DNA from: an uncultured Thermodesulfobacteriota bacterium
GTDB lineage: Bacteria; Desulfobacterota; B13-G15
DNA length: 64,000 bases
Assembly: GCA_964543765.1 (NCBI GenBank)
Contig: CAZIZI010000002.1
Coordinates: 11,153 to 75,152 of the forward strand
Direction: 5' to 3'
Of this stretch, positions 60,615-64,000 are shown one piece after another (the first letter of the stretch is position 1; each line of letters starts with the position of its first letter). A program made the translations under genes and the position numbers. Under the pieces are notes generated by a model. The model was not told the origin of the DNA, searched no databases, and was given only the letters and a program-made list of their open reading frames with translations.

Positions 60615-60797
60615 TCAGGCGAAAAAGCCCCTTTTCCCAGATCCACAGCAATAAGCTGCGAAAGTCGAAAGGGTTTGCTTCACCTTTTCACTGCCACATT
60701 TTGGACATTGGATCGTTTCATTTTGTTTGGGAAGCACCAAGACCTCAAACCGAAAACCACAATCTTCACATTTGTACTCATAAAGTGGCATTTTCAC
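60615..60797 (-). CDS. FmdB-family zinc-ribbon protein
   Basis: 60 aa. MPLYEYKCEDCG...CPKCGS paired CxxC motifs. Confidence 0.7.
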   Translation of the reverse strand: MKMPLYEYKCEDCGFRFEVLVLPKQNETIQCPKCGSEKVKQTLSTFAAYCCGSGKRGFFA

Positions 60798-61068
60798 TGC
60801 CCTCCTTCCTTTTTAAGATCTTAATTATCTCCTTAACTTTTTCGTCTTTAACATAATACTTAACCTTATTACCTTCTCTTTCAAAGCCCACAATATTTTT
60901 GTTCCTTAATATAGAAAGATGCTGAGAGACCACTGCTTGAGGTAAATCCAAACAACTCCATATGTCCTTAACACACGACTCATCCTCCATTAACCTCTCG
61001 ACAATCCGCAACCTCACCGGATGCGCTAAAGCCTTTAATAAGGCTGCCCACTCTATTTCTTTAATCAT
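60778..61068 (-). CDS. ArsR/SmtB-family transcriptional regulator
   Basis: 96 aa. LKALAHPVRLRIVERL...CVKDI...QAVVSQHLSILR winged HTH. Confidence 0.8.
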   Translation of the reverse strand: MIKEIEWAALLKALAHPVRLRIVERLMEDESCVKDIWSCLDLPQAVVSQHLSILRNKNIVGFEREGNKVKYYVKDEKVKEIIKILKRKEGSENATL

Positions 61069-61090
61069 AGCTTTATTGAAATATATTAAT

Positions 61091-62062
61091 TCATATATTT
61101 CCTGTCAAGCCCTCGATGATGGCTCCTACAAGGAGGGGGAAGAGGATTTCGTGGTGGCCTCGAAGGAAATAGGAAGCACGGCCTCCGGTTTCGTGGGGTC
61201 GGTGAAGTACGTTTTCCAAGGCGCGGTATTGGGGGAGGAAGTCCATGTTGATGGTGATGTAGTTTTTGACCTTATGGCCTAAGTTTCTCGCTAAGCTTAA
61301 GGCCTTGAGGAAGACTTCAGGCATTATGGTGGCTGATCCGAGGTTGAGGTAGATGCCTTCGGTTAGTTTGGTCACTTCGGAGGAGAAAGTTAAGAAATCC
61401 CTATGGCTCATCTCTCCGATTACGCTTCCTGTTGCCGAAGGGTGCATGTGGAATATGTCGGTACCTATTGCGATATGAACGGTTACGGGGATACCTAATT
61501 TATAAGCCATTCCGAAAAGGCTTATTTCCCTATAGGGAAGTTTTTCCTCCCATATGGCTTCGCCTAAGGCTTCTCCTGCTCCTTTACCCTTTGGTAATCC
61601 TCTTTTTAAGGCCTCATTGATGAAGGTGGCGGTTTCTTCTGCGAAGCCGAAACTCCCATCCTTTAAACCTTCTTTTACCTCTTCCGAGGTCTTTCCAACA
61701 AGGGCTATTTCCACATCGTGAACCATAGAAGCCCCATTGGTTCCGATCAGGGAGATTACGCTACGTTTCATAAGCTCTATTATGTAGGGATTTAGGCCAA
61801 CCTTAATGGGATGGGCTCCCATTCCCAAAAGGACCTTTTTGCCTTTTCTTTTTGCTTCAACAATTGCCCGGGCCACTTCCAAGAGGTCTTTGGCCCCCAG
61901 TATTTTGGGGAGGGAAAGGAGGAATTCTTTTAAGCTGATTCCCTCTTTTGGAGGGGTTCCGAACATCTCGATCGATATCTTGCGAGGGGAGGAGCTAAGT
62001 TTAAAGGTTTTCACCTTTTCAAGTTTAATCCTCTCCATGAAACTTAGCCTCAACCAGTTCAC
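61091..62062 (-). CDS. deoxyhypusine synthase-like protein
   Basis: 323 aa DHS-family fold (…LLGMGAHPIKVGLNPY…GTNGASMVHD…). The true start may be an internal Met. Confidence 0.65.
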   Translation of the reverse strand: MNWLRLSFMERIKLEKVKTFKLSSSPRKISIEMFGTPPKEGISLKEFLLSLPKILGAKDLLEVARAIVEAKRKGKKVLLGMGAHPIKVGLNPYIIELMKRSVISLIGTNGASMVHDVEIALVGKTSEEVKEGLKDGSFGFAEETATFINEALKRGLPKGKGAGEALGEAIWEEKLPYREISLFGMAYKLGIPVTVHIAIGTDIFHMHPSATGSVIGEMSHRDFLTFSSEVTKLTEGIYLNLGSATIMPEVFLKALSLARNLGHKVKNYITINMDFLPQYRALENVLHRPHETGGRASYFLRGHHEILFPLLVGAIIEGLTGNI

Positions 62063-62600
62063 ATATTAAATGTCCAAAAAAGAGGTGAAGCTCTTGAATC
62101 CTCGGGACTTCCTCGAGGGGTATTATCAAAACCACGTGAGCTAACTCTTTCGCCTTTCCGCCTTTTTTGCCCGTGAAAAGTAAGCTTTTCATTCCCTTTT
62201 CCCTTGCCTTTTTCAATCCTTCGATGACATTAGGAGAATTTCCACTTGTGGTTAAGGCCCAAGCAAGATCCCCTTCAGATCCCAAGGCCTCTATTTGGCG
62301 GGAGAATACCAGGGAAAAATCGCGGTCATTTCCTATACTGGTAAGGACCGATCCGTCAGTATTTAAAGCCAAAGCGGGAAGGGCTTTTCGTTCCAGTTTC
62401 AACCGATTGATGAACTCCGCTGCCAGATGTTGGGCTTGAGAAGCGCTTCCGCCGTTTCCAAAAAGAAGGATTTTTTTGTCTTTTTTAAGAGTTTCATAAA
62501 CCAGGTTTATTGCCTTTTGTAATTCCTCGCTTTGTTCTTTTAATATCTCCTCTATTGCTTGAGAAAGGTTTAAAAAAGCCTCTTTGATTTTATTGACCAC
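62025..62600 (-). CDS. SIS-domain sugar phosphate isomerase (GmhA-like)
   Basis: 191 aa. LLFGNGGSASQAQHLAAEF and GNSPN SIS motifs. Confidence 0.75.
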   Translation of the reverse strand: MVNKIKEAFLNLSQAIEEILKEQSEELQKAINLVYETLKKDKKILLFGNGGSASQAQHLAAEFINRLKLERKALPALALNTDGSVLTSIGNDRDFSLVFSRQIEALGSEGDLAWALTTSGNSPNVIEGLKKAREKGMKSLLFTGKKGGKAKELAHVVLIIPLEEVPRIQELHLFFGHLICELVEAKFHGED

Positions 62601-63339
62601 TTAACCCCTCCAAAAACCTTTTTACCACCTTTCCCAAATGAGGAAGGTAATAACCGCCTTCTAAAACCGCAAAACAGGGGACATGGACAGTGGCTTCATT
62701 GATGAGCTTTCCTAAGCGGCAGTAATCTTCAAGATCTAGTGTTCTTCCCCAATCGAGCTTGTAACAGTCAAAGCCAGCCGAGACGGCCAATAGGTCTTCT
62801 TTAAAATTTCCAAGCGCCTTTTCGGTTTCTCGGAGAAAATCATGGGGATCATCCTTTTGGATGTTTATCACCTTTACCTCCTCACAAGAGGAGAAAATAT
62901 CGGCGGTTCCATCTCCATAGTGGAGATCTATATCGAGAATCATGGCGCTTTTTATCTGGTTTTCCTCAAGGAGCTTTTTAACCGCGATGGCCACGTTGTT
63001 AAAAAAACAAAAGCCCCAATGGAAATCGCGCCTCGCATGATGGCCAGGGGGTCTGATGAGGGCAAAGGCCTTTTCTCCGCGCAGGGCGATCCTTGAGGCC
63101 GAAATGGCTCCTCCGACTGCCATAAGAGCCACTTTATAAAGATGAGGGATTTCCTTTACCCTCAACACAAGTTGAGGGGTATGAACGAGGAGCACATCCT
63201 CTTCGGTTGCCTCTTGGGCCTCAACAAAAGGGAAGGAGTTTTCGAGTTCTCTTTTTATCACCTGGACCCTTTCGGGGGATTCCACCTGGGCTGTTGGATA
63301 ATGGGTTTCGAAAAGGGGGTGATATACTACTTTTATCAT
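62590..63339 (-). CDS. histone deacetylase-family amidohydrolase (AcuC/acetylpolyamine amidohydrolase-like)
   Basis: 249 aa. RPPGHHA, DIDLHYGDGT and EGGY motifs of the arginase/deacetylase fold. Confidence 0.7.
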   Translation of the reverse strand: MIKVVYHPLFETHYPTAQVESPERVQVIKRELENSFPFVEAQEATEEDVLLVHTPQLVLRVKEIPHLYKVALMAVGGAISASRIALRGEKAFALIRPPGHHARRDFHWGFCFFNNVAIAVKKLLEENQIKSAMILDIDLHYGDGTADIFSSCEEVKVINIQKDDPHDFLRETEKALGNFKEDLLAVSAGFDCYKLDWGRTLDLEDYCRLGKLINEATVHVPCFAVLEGGYYLPHLGKVVKRFLEGLSGQ

Positions 63340-63367
63340 TTGAAAGAGATTTTATAATGATTCTGCC

Positions 63368-64000
63368 ATGTATGAAAGACTACTTCCTTTGGTGAGAAGG
63401 CCTTCTTCTTACATTGATCATGAATTCAACCTACATAAGAAGGATCCCAAGGGAAAGGTCCTTTTTTGTTTGTGTTTTCCAGATCTTTATGAGGTTGGAA
63501 TGTCCCACATAGGGCTTCAGATTTTGTACTACCTTTTAAACTCCATGGAAGAAGTGATGTGTGATAGGGCATTTGCCCCCTTGCCGGATATGGAGGAAAA
63601 GCTTAGGGAAAATGGCTTTCCCCTTTTAAGTATAGAAGCTCGAATACCTTTGCGTGAGTTTCACATCCTGGGTTTTTCCTTACAGTACGAGTTAAACTAC
63701 ACGAACCTTCTCAACATGTTGGATTTAGGAGGCGTTCCGCTTTTGAGTTCGGAAAGGGATCGGAATATGCCTTTGGTGATCGCAGGAGGACCTTTGGCCA
63801 TGCAACCGGAACCTCTGGCGGATTTTGTCGATGCCTTTGTGCTTGGCGATGGAGAAGTGGTTGTGCCGGAGTTAATAAGGGTTTATAAACTTTGGAGAGA
63901 AGCCAAAGGTAAGAAGGAAGAGCTATTAGAGGCCCTTTCGGGGATTCCTGGTGTATACGTTCCTTCTTTTTTCCAAATTCGTTGGGAAGGACATGAGGTA
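63368..64000 (+). CDS. uncharacterized radical-SAM-associated protein (TIGR03960-like N-terminal domain), 5' part. Gene continues beyond the window.
   Basis: ATG at 63368, open to the window end. Conserved FPDLYEVGMSHIGLQILY...FSLQYELNYTNLL...VIAGGP...FVLGDGE block. Confidence 0.55.
   Translation, partial: MYERLLPLVRRPSSYIDHEFNLHKKDPKGKVLFCLCFPDLYEVGMSHIGLQILYYLLNSMEEVMCDRAFAPLPDMEEKLRENGFPLLSIEARIPLREFHILGFSLQYELNYTNLLNMLDLGGVPLLSSERDRNMPLVIAGGPLAMQPEPLADFVDAFVLGDGEVVVPELIRVYKLWREAKGKKEELLEALSGIPGVYVPSFFQIRWEGHEV

Noticed and set aside
1-64000. CRISPR arrays, IS elements, prophage genes
   Set aside because: No regularly spaced direct repeats, no transposase/integrase/phage structural ORFs recognisable in any frame.

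Overview
This 64-kb window is from a Gram-negative bacterium (TolC/MacAB-type efflux is present). It is probably an anaerobe, based on indolepyruvate:ferredoxin oxidoreductase, a PflX-like radical SAM enzyme and a BcrAD/HgdC-type activase. Most of it is conserved core genome. On the + strand: recG (3' end), crotonase, activase, ftsY, smpB, ssrA (tmRNA); then ffh, rpsP, KH, rimM, trmD, a SPOUT-like gene, rplS, rnhB and a broken yraN; hup; a tRNA-Ala/Gly/Val operon; thrS, infC, rpmI, rplT, pheS, pheT, ihfA, merR; an NSS transporter, ugd, and an SSS transporter preceded by a 36-aa membrane peptide; then later gyrA and rpmB. On the - strand: trkAH, an ABC-2 exporter, a MacAB-MacA-TolC efflux operon, relA, iorAB, ispG, coaD, cca, panBCD, a DUF362 protein, an arsR-fmdB-trxA-ccdA-Trx-lipoprotein operon, and a DHS-like/GmhA-like/HDAC-like cluster. 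No transposase, integrase or CRISPR array was seen. The standout region is 3968-13139, directly after ssrA. It holds a giant sigma-54 activator (TPR-like sensor + GAF + AAA+ + HTH), a sigma-54-type promoter, an OYE/2,4-dienoyl-reductase-like flavoenzyme fused to a SnoaL/NTF2-like domain, a 2Fe-2S/4Fe-4S-GltD-like fusion, and a KstD-like FAD dehydrogenase. Every gene in this block is interrupted by 1-nt homopolymer-length frameshifts, plus one in-frame TAG. The long housekeeping genes elsewhere in the window are intact. This is either a decaying accessory module or a locally error-rich assembly. A second interesting locus is 52983-54374 (- strand): an operon of a Cys-rich hypothetical, a KptA/Tpt1 homolog whose catalytic Arg-His-Arg-Arg tetrad is largely substituted and which carries a polybasic tail, and a DUF1844 protein. 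Other notable points: yraN is disrupted by a 17-bp tandem duplication. infC appears to start at AUA overlapping the thrS stop. A terminator-like hairpin with repeated AAAAAGGGA(A)CC motifs sits inside the panB leader. A 19-bp perfect palindrome lies upstream of iorA.
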